Positions 1-9,232 of a DNA stretch of 64,000 nucleotides are shown here, piece by piece. Within the stretch, counting starts at the first letter, position 1, and each line of letters begins with the position of its first letter. The notes beneath the pieces were generated by a model. That model was not told where the DNA came from. It saw nothing but the letters and a program-made list of their open reading frames with translations, and searched no databases. The stretch spans positions 2,921,281-2,985,280 of the forward strand of contig OZ242354.1 in the NCBI GenBank assembly GCA_965208765.1, in the 5' to 3' direction. The DNA comes from Candidatus Poribacteria bacterium. Its GTDB lineage: Bacteria > Poribacteria > WGA-4E > JAJDTR01. A program made the position numbers and the translations under genes.

Positions 1-100
1 GATTAAGAGAGTGAACAGAGAGTAGGATTTACTATCGCCTTAAGATCTCTATCGTAGTCACCACCTGTTCAATCAATCCACCCAGTGAATCAGTCGAGCT
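1..100 (-). repeat. MITE-like dispersed repeat copy (reverse orientation), cut by the window edge
   Basis: Contains GATTTACTATCGCCTTAAGATCTCTATCG...CACC..TTGATC. The same composite motif recurs at more than 14 intergenic sites, for example 15880-15990, 22631-22750 and 43119-43213. Confidence 0.5.
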
Positions 101-148
101 TTCATAGAAACTCCCGATGCCCCTAGTTAAATAGCAATTCCCGGCTTT

Positions 149-214
149 CGCTCCAGAGGAGCGATATGTCTGTAGACACGTACGACACCCTTGGAGTCCG
201 CTCCAGCGGAGCGG
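149..214. repeat. Two REP palindromes on the left flank of the RAYT gene
   Basis: Perfect palindromes CGCTCCAGAGGAGCG (149-163) and CCGCTCCAGCGGAGCGG (198-214), each followed by ATATGTC or CATGTC. Confidence 0.7.
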
Positions 215-241
215 CATGTCAATAAAAGAGGTGATTTATCT

Positions 242-703
242 ATGGCAGACACCTACACCAAGCTCTACATACACATCGTGTTTTCCGTCAGGGGAAGACA
301 ACCCCTCATCTCCAAACACCACAAAGCCGAACTTCACCAATACATCACTGGCATCATCACCAAGAAAAATCAGAAGCTACTCCAAATCAATTCAATGCCC
401 GATCATATTCATATCCTCATGGGCGTGACTCCTGACATAGCTATTTCTGACTTGGTGCGAGACATTAAAGGAAGCACCTCACGATTCATCAACCGAAAAC
501 GGTGGGTTGCCGAAAAATTCATGTGGCAAGAGGGATTCGCCGCGTTTTCCTATTCGTATTCCCAATTGAAAGATGTCGCTACTTACATTGAGAACCAAGA
601 AAAGCATCATTCGCACAAGACATTTGAAGAGGAATATCTTGAACTCCTAAAACGTTTTGATGTTCGCTACAACCCAAAATACGTTTTTGATTCGCCGGAT
701 TAA
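242..703 (+). CDS. tnpA_REP: REP-associated tyrosine transposase (RAYT, IS200/IS605 TnpA-like, HuH Y1)
   Basis: ADTYTKLYIHIVFSV, the HuH motif DHIHILMGV, about 155 aa, and flanking inverted REP palindromes. The start was moved to the ATG at 242, inside ORF 191..703. Confidence 0.85.
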   Translation: MADTYTKLYIHIVFSVRGRQPLISKHHKAELHQYITGIITKKNQKLLQINSMPDHIHILMGVTPDIAISDLVRDIKGSTSRFINRKRWVAEKFMWQEGFAAFSYSYSQLKDVATYIENQEKHHSHKTFEEEYLELLKRFDVRYNPKYVFDSPD

Positions 704-747
704 CATAATACCGAAACCTGCAAGCGTGAACGTAAACAACAAACATG

Positions 748-813
748 CCGCTCCTCTGGAGCGGAAGAGTAAAGATCCTCATTTTCTACAGACATGTCGC
801 TCCGCTGGAGCGA
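748..813. repeat. Two REP palindromes on the right flank of the RAYT gene, inverted relative to the left pair
   Basis: CCGCTCCTCTGGAGCGG (748-764) preceded by ACATG, and CGCTCCGCTGGAGCG (799-813) preceded by TCTACAGACATGT. These mirror the left-flank sequences GAGCGATATGTCTGTAGA. Confidence 0.7.
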
Positions 814-974
814 AAGACTTGACCAAGTCTTGGACGAACTCTACATTTTGAGGGAAGTGCGAATGAAGAATATTAACAAACAATGAAATGTTTATTGGGA
901 ATCGACAACACTTGGACCACACATCGGATGGGTATGTGTTTATAAAACGCGATAGTGTCCCTTTCCGCTCCGGC

Positions 975-1050
975 GGGGATCAAGCGAGTGAATAACGAGT
1001 GATCAACTGAACGAATAGTGAAGGCGATAGAGATCTTATAGAAATCCCCA
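975..1050 (+). repeat. MITE-like dispersed repeat copy (forward orientation)
   Basis: GGGGATCAAGCGAGTGAATAACGAGTGATCAACTGAACGAATAGTGAAGGCGATAGAGATCTTATAG matches the family consensus. Confidence 0.55.
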
Positions 1051-1118
1051 ATGTTTATAGAATTACGTTAAACCCGGAGTCCGTCCCGTAGAGAAAATCG
1101 ATTTAACCCTATTCACAG

Positions 1119-1853
1119 ATGCATCGATTCTATGTTCCGCCAACCGACATCTCATCTGACATCGTTCGCATCCGTGACCCCGAACGTCATCACCTGTTGA
1201 ATGTGCTCCGGCTAAAGCCCGGCGACGACGTGCAGGTTTTTGACGGAAAGAGGAATAGTTACATCGCTCGCCTGAGGGATACGGAATCTTTCCCCGCGAT
1301 AGCATCAATTCAAGACTGCCAATTTCACCCGCCAATTCCCCCGCACATCACTCTTTTTCAAGCGATTCCCAAATCGGACAAGATGGATCTGATTGTTCAG
1401 AAAACCACGGAAATCGGCGTAGACGAAATCGTCCCGATGATATGCCAGAGATCGATTCCAAAGCGCAGGGGAGATGCTCGACAAAAACGGCAAGACCGAT
1501 GGGAACGAATCGGGATTGAAGCATCCAAACAGTGCGGGCGCCCGAGGTTTCCCAAACTGCTCCCGCCGCGAACAATTGGAAAATGTCTTGAACAAGCGAA
1601 GAATTGCGATCTGTCATTGCTGCTCTGGGAAAATGAGGTAAAACGCGAAATCAAGGGTGTCTTGCGCAACCATCGCCATGTCGAGTCAATCAGTCTGTTC
1701 ATCGGGCCAGAAGGCGGATTTTCGGACGCCGAGGTCGAGAATGCGATTGACAGCGGGTGCCTGCCTACGACATTCGGAGGGAATACGCTGCGGACAGAAA
1801 CAGCCGCTATAGTAGCTGTCGCTATCACCGTCTACGAGTTGCGCCGTTTCTGA
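1119..1853 (+). CDS. rsmE: 16S rRNA (uracil1498-N3)-methyltransferase RsmE
   Basis: 244 aa. The N-terminal PUA-like region and C-terminal SPOUT motifs (LFIGPEGGFSDAEV, GGNTLRTETAAI) are typical of RsmE. Confidence 0.8.
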   Translation: MHRFYVPPTDISSDIVRIRDPERHHLLNVLRLKPGDDVQVFDGKRNSYIARLRDTESFPAIASIQDCQFHPPIPPHITLFQAIPKSDKMDLIVQKTTEIGVDEIVPMICQRSIPKRRGDARQKRQDRWERIGIEASKQCGRPRFPKLLPPRTIGKCLEQAKNCDLSLLLWENEVKREIKGVLRNHRHVESISLFIGPEGGFSDAEVENAIDSGCLPTTFGGNTLRTETAAIVAVAITVYELRRF

Positions 1854-2253
1854 TTCTAGCTAATCGCATCTGAATTAAATTGGCTGTGTTACGATATTTT
1901 CGTCCCGAACCTTTCCCTTCGCCATGCCCAAGGGACAACAATGCACCCGTTCTTGTAGGGGCGAACCACTGTGTTCGCCCTTTTTCAACGGACATGCCTT
2001 TAGATCGCTTATGAAAATTGCATGTCATCCAGTCGGGTCAGCCATGAAAGTCTGCCACAACATGGGACGGCACTGGGGCCGTCCCCTACAATCAGATGCG
2101 ATTGCGCCGTTCCTAATGCGCCTTGACAACGGTATGGCGATAATATTATCATTCAACCTAGGACAAACATCTTACCCCGTATCTCCGAATTCGGAGTTAA
2201 ACGGAGCACGTCCGACAAAAAACTCTTCGATTTGAACTTAATAAAGCATTAAT

Positions 2254-3612
2254 ATGCCGACAGCAGCATTTCTCACCATGGGTTGCAAGGTGAATCAATA
2301 CGATACCGACGCGATGCACGAGACGATGGATCGGAACGGTTACACCATCGTCGATGCAAGCGAAATCGCAGATGTCTACGTCGTGAACACTTGCACGGTG
2401 ACAAACGTCGCCGATCAGAAAGCCCGCAAATCCATCCGACGAATCATCCGGCAAAACCCGCATGCCAAAGTGCTGGTTACCGGCTGCTACGCCGAGAGCG
2501 ACCGCGAATCGGTCGAGAAAATACCGGGAGTGACGTTCGTCTTCGGGAACCGCGAGAAAGCGGACTTTCAAGGCTATTTGGACAAACTCCGCGAATCCGA
2601 GCTTTTGCGAATTGAGCCCATCCATCACGACCCGGTGCGTGAACACGCAAGATTCAGTGCGGGCATTAGTCATACGAGCCAGCGTACGCGCGCGCTGATT
2701 AAGGTTCAAGACGGGTGCAGCGCCTTCTGCACCTACTGCATCATTCCCTACGTGCGCGGACGGATGACAAGCCGCAGCCTGACAGACATTGTAAACGAGG
2801 CGGAACGCATTGCCGCGAGCGGATACAAGGAGATTGTGATTACCGGCGTCCACTTGGGGGCTTACGGGCTAGACATTGAGAGAAGGGTGGATGTCGGTGA
2901 CATCTTGGAACAGATTCATCCGATTGAAGGCATAGAACGCATACGATTCAGCTCAATCGAACCCATGAATTTCCCCGACGACCTCGTCGATCGGATGGCA
3001 GCCCTGCCGAAGTGTATGCCACACTTTCACTTACCACTACAGGCGGGCAACGATAAGATTCTGCGCAGCATGCGTCGGCGTTACACCACGGCACAATACG
3101 CTCGGCTTGTGGAGAAACTGCGCAGCGCTTTTCCGGATGTCGGAATTACAACCGATGTCATGGTCGGTTTTCCGGGGGAAACCGATAGCGATTTTGAGGA
3201 ATCACTCAACTTTGTCGAGGGAATCGGATTCAGCCAACTGCACGTTTTCCGTTACTCCCCGCGGCGTGGCACACCAGCCGCAGACTATCCGGATCAGGTG
3301 CCTCCGGGCGTTTCCGCTGCGCGTAGCGGGAGGATGATCGACTTGGGGAATCGTCTTGGCAACGCCTTCAAACGGCGTATGCTGGGAAAGAAGGTGGGTG
3401 TTCTGGTTGAAGACAGTCGCGAGGGAAAGACGGGGCAACTCGCAGGATTTACGCCAAATTATCTACGGGTTCTGTTAGACGTTCCCGCGTCGGAAATTAA
3501 TCAAGTCGCCTCCGTCAAGTTGGTAGGACTAGAAAACGAGATGATTCAGGGAAAGACAGTCCATGCTGCGTTACGACGGACAGCCGCTAACGCTCCACAG
3601 CCTTCTATCTGA
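2254..3612 (+). CDS. mtaB: Radical SAM methylthiotransferase of the MiaB/RimO/MtaB family, most similar to MtaB
   Basis: N-terminal MTTase domain (LTMGCKVNQYDTDAM, VNTCTVT), a radical SAM CxxxCxxC (CSAFCTYCIIPYVRG) and a C-terminal TRAM-like region. Confidence 0.75.
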   Translation: MPTAAFLTMGCKVNQYDTDAMHETMDRNGYTIVDASEIADVYVVNTCTVTNVADQKARKSIRRIIRQNPHAKVLVTGCYAESDRESVEKIPGVTFVFGNREKADFQGYLDKLRESELLRIEPIHHDPVREHARFSAGISHTSQRTRALIKVQDGCSAFCTYCIIPYVRGRMTSRSLTDIVNEAERIAASGYKEIVITGVHLGAYGLDIERRVDVGDILEQIHPIEGIERIRFSSIEPMNFPDDLVDRMAALPKCMPHFHLPLQAGNDKILRSMRRRYTTAQYARLVEKLRSAFPDVGITTDVMVGFPGETDSDFEESLNFVEGIGFSQLHVFRYSPRRGTPAADYPDQVPPGVSAARSGRMIDLGNRLGNAFKRRMLGKKVGVLVEDSREGKTGQLAGFTPNYLRVLLDVPASEINQVASVKLVGLENEMIQGKTVHAALRRTAANAPQPSI

Positions 3613-3699
3613 ATTCTTCACGAACGTCCCAAACAAACATAAACGACACAGTCAGTCGGTTTCAACCCTATTACATCGCATGTGATCCTGGCGGCAATC

Positions 3700-4311
3700 A
3701 TGAAAATCGGAGTGCTGGCTTCCGGCAGCGGAAGCAATCTCCAGACCTTAATCGATCAACTCCACTACGACGAATCCTGTGAAATTGAAATCTCGGTCGT
3801 CATCAGCGATCGAAAGAAAGCCTACGCACTCACCCGCGCAAAGAAAGCTGGAATCCCTTCCTATGTTGTAAAAGCCCGAGATTTCCCCGACCGTCACGCT
3901 TTTGACGAGCGAATCTCCGAACTGCTTGAAACGCACGCAGTAGAACTGATCGTCTTAGCCGGTTTCATGAAGTTATTTCAACCCGCATTTGTTCAGAAAT
4001 ACAGAAACCGAATCCTTAATATCCATCCGGCGCTGCTACCGGCTTTCCCCGGCGCGCATCCGGTGGCGGACACCGTCGCCTACGGCGCAAAGGTGAGTGG
4101 AGTAACCGTCCATTTTGTGGATGAGGGGATGGACACCGGACCAATCATCGCGCAAAAGTCGGTGCCGGTGTTCGATAAAGACGACGAGGATAGCCTTCAT
4201 GCGCGTCTCCAAGTGGAGGAGCACAAACTGTATCCGACCGTGGTCAAGTGGTATGCGGACAACAGAATTAACTTCTCGGGCAGGAAAGTGATTGTGAAGG
4301 GGTCGGATTAG
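3700..4311 (+). CDS. purN: Phosphoribosylglycinamide formyltransferase PurN
   Basis: MKIGVLASGSGSNLQ and HPALLPAFPG plus the formyl transferase fold motifs. The start was set at the MKIGVL ATG. Confidence 0.85.
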   Translation: MKIGVLASGSGSNLQTLIDQLHYDESCEIEISVVISDRKKAYALTRAKKAGIPSYVVKARDFPDRHAFDERISELLETHAVELIVLAGFMKLFQPAFVQKYRNRILNIHPALLPAFPGAHPVADTVAYGAKVSGVTVHFVDEGMDTGPIIAQKSVPVFDKDDEDSLHARLQVEEHKLYPTVVKWYADNRINFSGRKVIVKGSD

Positions 4312-4312
4312 G

Positions 4313-5212
4313 ATGATTGCCATCTCGACGATGTGGAACGCGCTGAAGCAACCTGACGGTGCGGCGCTGATTGACGAACTCAATAATTTGGGCTTCGGTG
4401 CGGTTGAACTCAGCCGGCATCTGATGCGCGATCAGATTGAACAGCTTAAACCCTATCTGGGACGAACCAAGCCCTGCTCCATTCACAATTTTTGCCCCAT
4501 CTTGCCCGACCACCCACAATCCGATTCCGAAAGCGACCCGATCCACCTTTCCAGCCTTGACATATCCGAACGAAAACAGGCTGTGCGCTGGACGGTGCGG
4601 ACGATGGAGATGGCTGCCGACCTTGAAATCCCAATCGTGGTGCTCCACCTCGGCGAGGTGGACACATACGACCGGTCTTATCTGATGTATGATTTCTACG
4701 AATACGGCGAGCGCGAGTTTGAGGCGTTCAGCGACAAGGTGTCGGAGGCGATGGATTGGAGGGAGCGAAAGCAGGCAAAACATCAGGACGTGGTTCTATT
4801 CAGCTTGGATGAACTCAATGAACTCGCTTTGCGGATGGATCTCTACCTCGCCATTGAGAATCGTCCGCGCTACTATCAAATCCCGAACTTCGACGAGGTC
4901 GAGATGTTCTTCGACGCGTTTGCCGGCAGCAACATGCGGTATTGGCATGATGTTGGTCATGCTATCTTGCAAGAACGTATCGGGCTTTGTTGGTCCAACC
5001 GTTGGCTTGAAGCGTACAAAGATCATCTCATCGGCGTCAACCTGCACGACCTCAAAGACCTTGAGGAATATCACCCGCCCGGTTTCGGCGACATTGACTT
5101 TGACGACGTGTTCGCAGAACTCCCCGCCGATGTACTGAAAGTGTTGGAAGTTCGCCACGGCACGGCAGAGGAGGTGGTGGAAGCCAGGGAGTTTGTCTCT
5201 AGCCATACCTAA
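4313..5212 (+). CDS. Sugar phosphate isomerase/epimerase (xylose isomerase-like TIM barrel)
   Basis: The ATG overlaps the purN stop. AP-endonuclease-2/xylose isomerase-like TIM-barrel motifs (LGFGAVEL, LAIENRP, WHDVGHA). Confidence 0.6.
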   Translation: MIAISTMWNALKQPDGAALIDELNNLGFGAVELSRHLMRDQIEQLKPYLGRTKPCSIHNFCPILPDHPQSDSESDPIHLSSLDISERKQAVRWTVRTMEMAADLEIPIVVLHLGEVDTYDRSYLMYDFYEYGEREFEAFSDKVSEAMDWRERKQAKHQDVVLFSLDELNELALRMDLYLAIENRPRYYQIPNFDEVEMFFDAFAGSNMRYWHDVGHAILQERIGLCWSNRWLEAYKDHLIGVNLHDLKDLEEYHPPGFGDIDFDDVFAELPADVLKVLEVRHGTAEEVVEAREFVSSHT

Positions 5213-5488
5213 GGCGAGTTATGTAATTCGGTTAGTAACCAATGGTGCTAGCTTGAAATATGGAAGTGAATGGGCATAACGCCCCATATTGGCTTTGCTT
5301 CAAAGTTTGTTTAAACTGCTAACTTGTAGCGTAGTACTTATCAAAGGGTAAAAATGACTTCGATAGAATTTCCCGTTCCCTATTTGGTCAATTCATCGGT
5401 TTCTACAGATCCTTGCTTTACATGCAAAGATGCCACCGAACAGTTGATTCTAACCCGCGAAATCCATTAATCTATGAAAATCCATGAT

Positions 5489-5977
5489 TCAGAATTGATT
5501 CGCCACAAATACCAAGTCAAACACATTAATCACCCCATCCCCATTCACGTCTACCTCCGTTTCATTCGTCCTGAACCCCTGCGCTACGAGTATCAAGTCA
5601 AGGATATTCACTATCCCGTCGCCGTTCACATCTGCCGGATTCTTCGGTTTCACCCGTAAGTACATCTCCCCGTCAAGATTCGGCAACCTATGCTCCGTGC
5701 TTACCAAACCGCTGGCGACACCTTGCGCCTCCTCCGGCAGAGTTATCACCTGTGGTTCCCCGCTGTGGTTGTATACCGCCCACCCGTTGGTGAATTCGCG
5801 GATATAAAGCCCTTCTCGATTCTCGTAAAGTTGTGCTTTTGCTTCGCTGAGCGGACGACCGAGGTCGGCGTCCCAAAAGTCGTACCAGTAATGGGTATGA
5901 CTCACGCCGTCATTAAACAAAACGTAACTGTTTAGTTCAGTTTGTAAGAGTGGCGAAATCTGTGCGGCATTGAGCAC
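5489..5977 (-). pseudogene. C-terminal fragment of a dockerin-repeat protein, truncated by the IS66 insertion
   Basis: Two dockerin repeats (DVNGDGIVNILDLILV and DVNGDGVINVFDLVFV) lie at the C-terminus. There is no signal peptide. The ORF opens with GTG directly at the IS flank, and an in-frame TAG lies 3 codons upstream, inside the IS-proximal sequence. Confidence 0.55.
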
Positions 5978-7400
5978 ATTTGCTTGCTACGGAGGATTCA
6001 ACGCATCAATATGACGAATACAAGGGAACAACAGTTAATTGCTCGTATTGCCGAATTGGAAGCTGAAAATCAGGTATTACGTGCCCGTATAGCCGACTTG
6101 GAACAGCAGGTGTCAAAACTGTTAGCTCGTCCGACTTCGCCTCCAAAATCGCCTATCCCCGGATTTGTCAAACCGAATCGACAGAAACGTCGTCGCAAAA
6201 AGCCGGGGCAAAAACCGGGACACGCCGGCAGTTACCGACATCGTCCCACCAAAGCTGACGAAATTGTTGATATACCTATAAAGGATTGTCCTCATTGTCA
6301 TGGAGTGATTGAAAATATCACAACCCATCAACAGTATGTTGAAGAGGTCATTCCAGCTCAGACCAAGGTCATCTGCTATCAGACGCGGCGTGGGTATTGC
6401 CCAAGCTGTCAAAGGCAGGTGGAAAGTCACCACCCGCAACAGATACCCCATCGGTTGATAGGTTCGCGTGCGTTGCTCATTGCCGCTGAATTGAAGCACG
6501 CCATGGGGGTACCCTATCGGAAAGTCGCCGCCGTACTCAAACGACTGTGTGGACTTTCTGTCACCGCTGGCGCATTAGCGCAATCCATGCAATCATTGGC
6601 AAAGTGGTTCACTCCCGAATATCAAGCCATTCAAACCGGATTGCGACAGAGTCATTGTACCTATGTTGATGAAACCGGCTGGCGGTTAAACGGTCAATCG
6701 TGCTGGCTTTGGGCATTCACCACAGACAGTTACACGCTTTATGAAGTCAATGCGAGTCGTGGACATCAAGTCGTTTTAGAACAATTGAGTGCAGATTATG
6801 ACGGAGTCGTTGTCAGTGACTTTTATACTGCTTATAACCCACTTCCCTACACCCAACAAAAGTGCTCGGTGCATTTGCTGCGTGAATTGTCTGAAGTGAG
6901 AAAGACCAATCACACCCAAGAATATGCAGCATTTGCCAAAAAACTGACACGTTTGTTGCGCGATGCCATTCGCCTCAAGCAGAAGCAGTCGGACTTCACT
7001 CAATCTACTTTAGAACGCCGATTCAAAAGGCTAACCTGCCGATTGGAGGAACTTGCCAAAGCCGACTATCACGATTCTGATTGTCAAAGACTCGCCAAAC
7101 GGTTAGCCAAACACAGCGATTCGTTATTCACCTTTCTGTCACACATGCAGGTGTCCACTGATAACAATCGCGCCGAACGCGCCATACGACCCGAGGTGAT
7201 AACTCGCAAAATATCGGGCGGTAATCGTTCACCCAAGGGCTCTGAAGCGTTAGGTATAATCACCAGTGTGATTCAAACTTGCAAGCAGCAGAACAAAGAT
7301 TTCGTGGAAGTCGGCTTGGAAATCATCCGACGCTATCATCAAGGACTTGATGCCGGGGTTCTGACTGTTGAGACAACCGCACCAACCTAACCGCTTCCAA
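5940..7400 (+). mobile_element. IS66-family insertion sequence; ends not resolved
   Basis: The transposase ORF is flanked by a truncated dockerin gene on the left and the methyltransferase tail on the right. A GTAAGAG-like end sits near 5944. Inverted repeats could not be defined confidently by eye. Confidence 0.5.
5984..7390 (+). CDS. IS66-family transposase, single-ORF ISBst12-like type
   Basis: N-terminal leucine zipper (ARIAELEAENQVLRARIADLEQQV), a zinc-finger region (CPHCHG...CPSCQ) and a DDE core (YVDETGWRLNG, VSDFYTAYN, CSVHLLRE). Confidence 0.85.
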   Translation: MLRRIQRINMTNTREQQLIARIAELEAENQVLRARIADLEQQVSKLLARPTSPPKSPIPGFVKPNRQKRRRKKPGQKPGHAGSYRHRPTKADEIVDIPIKDCPHCHGVIENITTHQQYVEEVIPAQTKVICYQTRRGYCPSCQRQVESHHPQQIPHRLIGSRALLIAAELKHAMGVPYRKVAAVLKRLCGLSVTAGALAQSMQSLAKWFTPEYQAIQTGLRQSHCTYVDETGWRLNGQSCWLWAFTTDSYTLYEVNASRGHQVVLEQLSADYDGVVVSDFYTAYNPLPYTQQKCSVHLLRELSEVRKTNHTQEYAAFAKKLTRLLRDAIRLKQKQSDFTQSTLERRFKRLTCRLEELAKADYHDSDCQRLAKRLAKHSDSLFTFLSHMQVSTDNNRAERAIRPEVITRKISGGNRSPKGSEALGIITSVIQTCKQQNKDFVEVGLEIIRRYHQGLDAGVLTVETTAPT

Positions 7401-7599
7401 GTCCATCCAAATTATAGCTTTTCTACAATCCCCTAGGTTTGTGAAGTGGCTTTTGCCATAGAGAGTAGTGGACTAAACAGTTACCTAAAAGTTTTGCCTT
7501 AAACTGTACAGCGTCAATCATCTGCTCTACCTCACTTTCAGTTCCTGAAGTTTAGCTAACCTTCTCCGATGAAAGGATTGAATGTTCGGCTCAACGTAG

Positions 7600-8469
7600 T
7601 CAACGATTTCCTGTTGTGTAATGGGTTTCATCTGGGGTCTCTTCAAATAACAGGTATTGTGTGGGTTTGATATTGTCCTTAGCCAATTGGTAATTCTCGG
7701 GCAAAATTTCAATACCAGCAGAATTTCTTGACAACGTCTGAGCAACCTGACACGTCGTACCGGCGCCCGCAAACGGGTCAAGTACTCAATCGTCTTCCTC
7801 CGTAAACAGCCTGATGAACCATTCGGGTAAGGATTTGGGAAAAACCGCGCTGTGTTTGCGATTGCCGGTTTCTGTTGCCAAGTGCAAAACGTTTGTCGGG
7901 TAAGCCATCTTCCGGTCAACCCAATTTGAAACATTCTTGCCAAAACCGCTTCCCACTTTCGACGTATCCCGACTCTGATCAACTTTGCTGAGATGCTTTA
8001 ACCGTTTCTCCGCCCAATCTCCCATCGGCACCATAACCGACTCTTGGTACATATTAAAATCTTTGGTTTTATTGAATTGTATGCATCTTTCCCAAGCATC
8101 TCTGAATCGATTGGGCCATTTGCCAGGATAGCAATTCTTCTTGTGCCAGACGAACTCCTCCGTCCACAACCAGCCCTGCTTTCTCATTTCGAGTATCAAC
8201 TCAATGACGTAGGTATGGCGTTCACCGTTAACGGCTTTCTCCTTGATGTTGAGGATAAAGGTGCCGGACGGTTTTAGTACCCTCAAGAACTCCGCGGCTC
8301 GAGGGAGGAACCACTCGACATACTGATCCGGTTTGATTCCACCGTACGTCTTTGATCGTCTGTCGGCATACGGCGGGGAGGTAACGATCAGATCAAATGA
8401 ATCGGTATCAAATTTTGAGAGTACCTCTAGGCAATCGCCAAGGTAAAAATCTGTCTTTATTGCATTCAT
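7600..8469 (-). pseudogene. Beta-class N6A/N4C DNA methyltransferase with an in-frame TGA
   Basis: ORF 7786..8469 carries motif IV (SPPY) and ends ...LFTEEDD-TGA. The same frame continues VLDPFAGAGTTCQVAQ (motif I) to about 7600. The stop is at 7786-7788, where Leu or Trp is expected. Confidence 0.75.
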
Positions 8470-8645
8470 TGCGGCACGAGTTCTGTTGTTGCAGAAGGCT
8501 GCGATGTATGTTGGGTTTCACTCGAATTTAGACATTTTCGGGCGGAATAAGATTTGAATAGTGTTTCTTCCTCTTAAGACCTCTCATGGAGCACCGCTCA
8601 ACCCAACCTACGCACTGCGAGAGTCTGCTATCTATGAATTGTGCA

Positions 8646-8876
8646 TCAAAGGTCGCGTCTAACATCACTCCAATGCTTTAGTCTTCCTGCTTTGACATCG
8701 GCTTCCGCACGTTCCAAACTTTTGGCGACTTCGGGATCCCTCGCCAATTCGTGAGTGGCTTCCCGCGCTTCTTTGTCTTGGAGATACGCCAAATAGTCAT
8801 TGGCTATTTTCAGTTTTTCCGTGGAGAGTTGTTCAATTAACATAACTGCTCGACGTTGCAACTCCGCTTTTCGCAT
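8646..8876 (-). CDS. Small hypothetical protein downstream of the killer/antidote pair
   Basis: Probable start at MRKAELQRRAVMLIEQL. It is charged and helical, and lies on the same strand in tandem with the TA pair. Confidence 0.35.
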   Translation of the reverse strand: MRKAELQRRAVMLIEQLSTEKLKIANDYLAYLQDKEAREATHELARDPEVAKSLERAEADVKAGRLKHWSDVRRDL

Positions 8877-8917
8877 AGTATTTCCTATCGTCTTACCCGT
8901 TGCAGAGTTGGGAAAAA

Positions 8918-9232
8918 TTATGCTTGCTTTGCCATCTCGACAACAGAAAGCCGACATCCTAAAACATCAAGAATCACTCTCATTGTGTCAAGATGGGATT
9001 CATCCTCCCGCGACAGTATTTTTACGAGAAGGTCCGGAGCCGTGTGGGTTCGCCTTGCGAGTTCGTCTAGTCCGCCCTGTGCTTCGGCGATGCTCCGGAG
9101 AGCAATCAGGAATGCTAACGTATCACCATCGTTTTGATATTCTTCTAGTGCGGCTTGAAGATAACCGATAGCCTCTTCGCGGTTAGAAAGTCTTTCAATA
9201 AGATAATCGCGGTATTTTCTCATCTCTTTCAT
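8918..9232 (-). CDS. Addiction-module antidote protein (HTH, HigA-like, TIGR02684-type)
   Basis: YRDYLIERLSNREEAIGYLQAALEE...IALRSIAEAQGG matches the putative addiction module antidote family. Its start overlaps the stop of the killer gene. Confidence 0.7.
   Translation of the reverse strand: MKEMRKYRDYLIERLSNREEAIGYLQAALEEYQNDGDTLAFLIALRSIAEAQGGLDELARRTHTAPDLLVKILSREDESHLDTMRVILDVLGCRLSVVEMAKQA

Noticed and set aside
2197-2853. Long antisense ORFs overlapping confident genes: 2197-2853 (-) in mtaB, 4268-4783 (-) in the isomerase, 49744-50574 (-) and 54144-54812 (-) in the RM genes, and 18505-19095 (-) in the GC-rich ORF
   Set aside because: They are entirely embedded in the opposite strand of genes with clear family motifs. 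They have skewed, low-complexity composition, rich in Arg, Gly and Pro, that is typical of GC-driven spurious frames.
5474-5659. A small plus-strand ORF inside the dockerin fragment
   Set aside because: It is embedded antisense to the dockerin-repeat coding sequence, and no motif is present.
7786-7788. Genome-wide TGA recoding (Gly or Trp) or selenocysteine as the explanation for the in-frame TGA in the methyltransferase
   Set aside because: Many confidently identified genes in the window terminate with TGA at the expected position, for example rsmE at 1851-1853. No SECIS-like hairpin was seen. The context expects a hydrophobic residue. A point nonsense mutation or a sequencing error is the simpler explanation.
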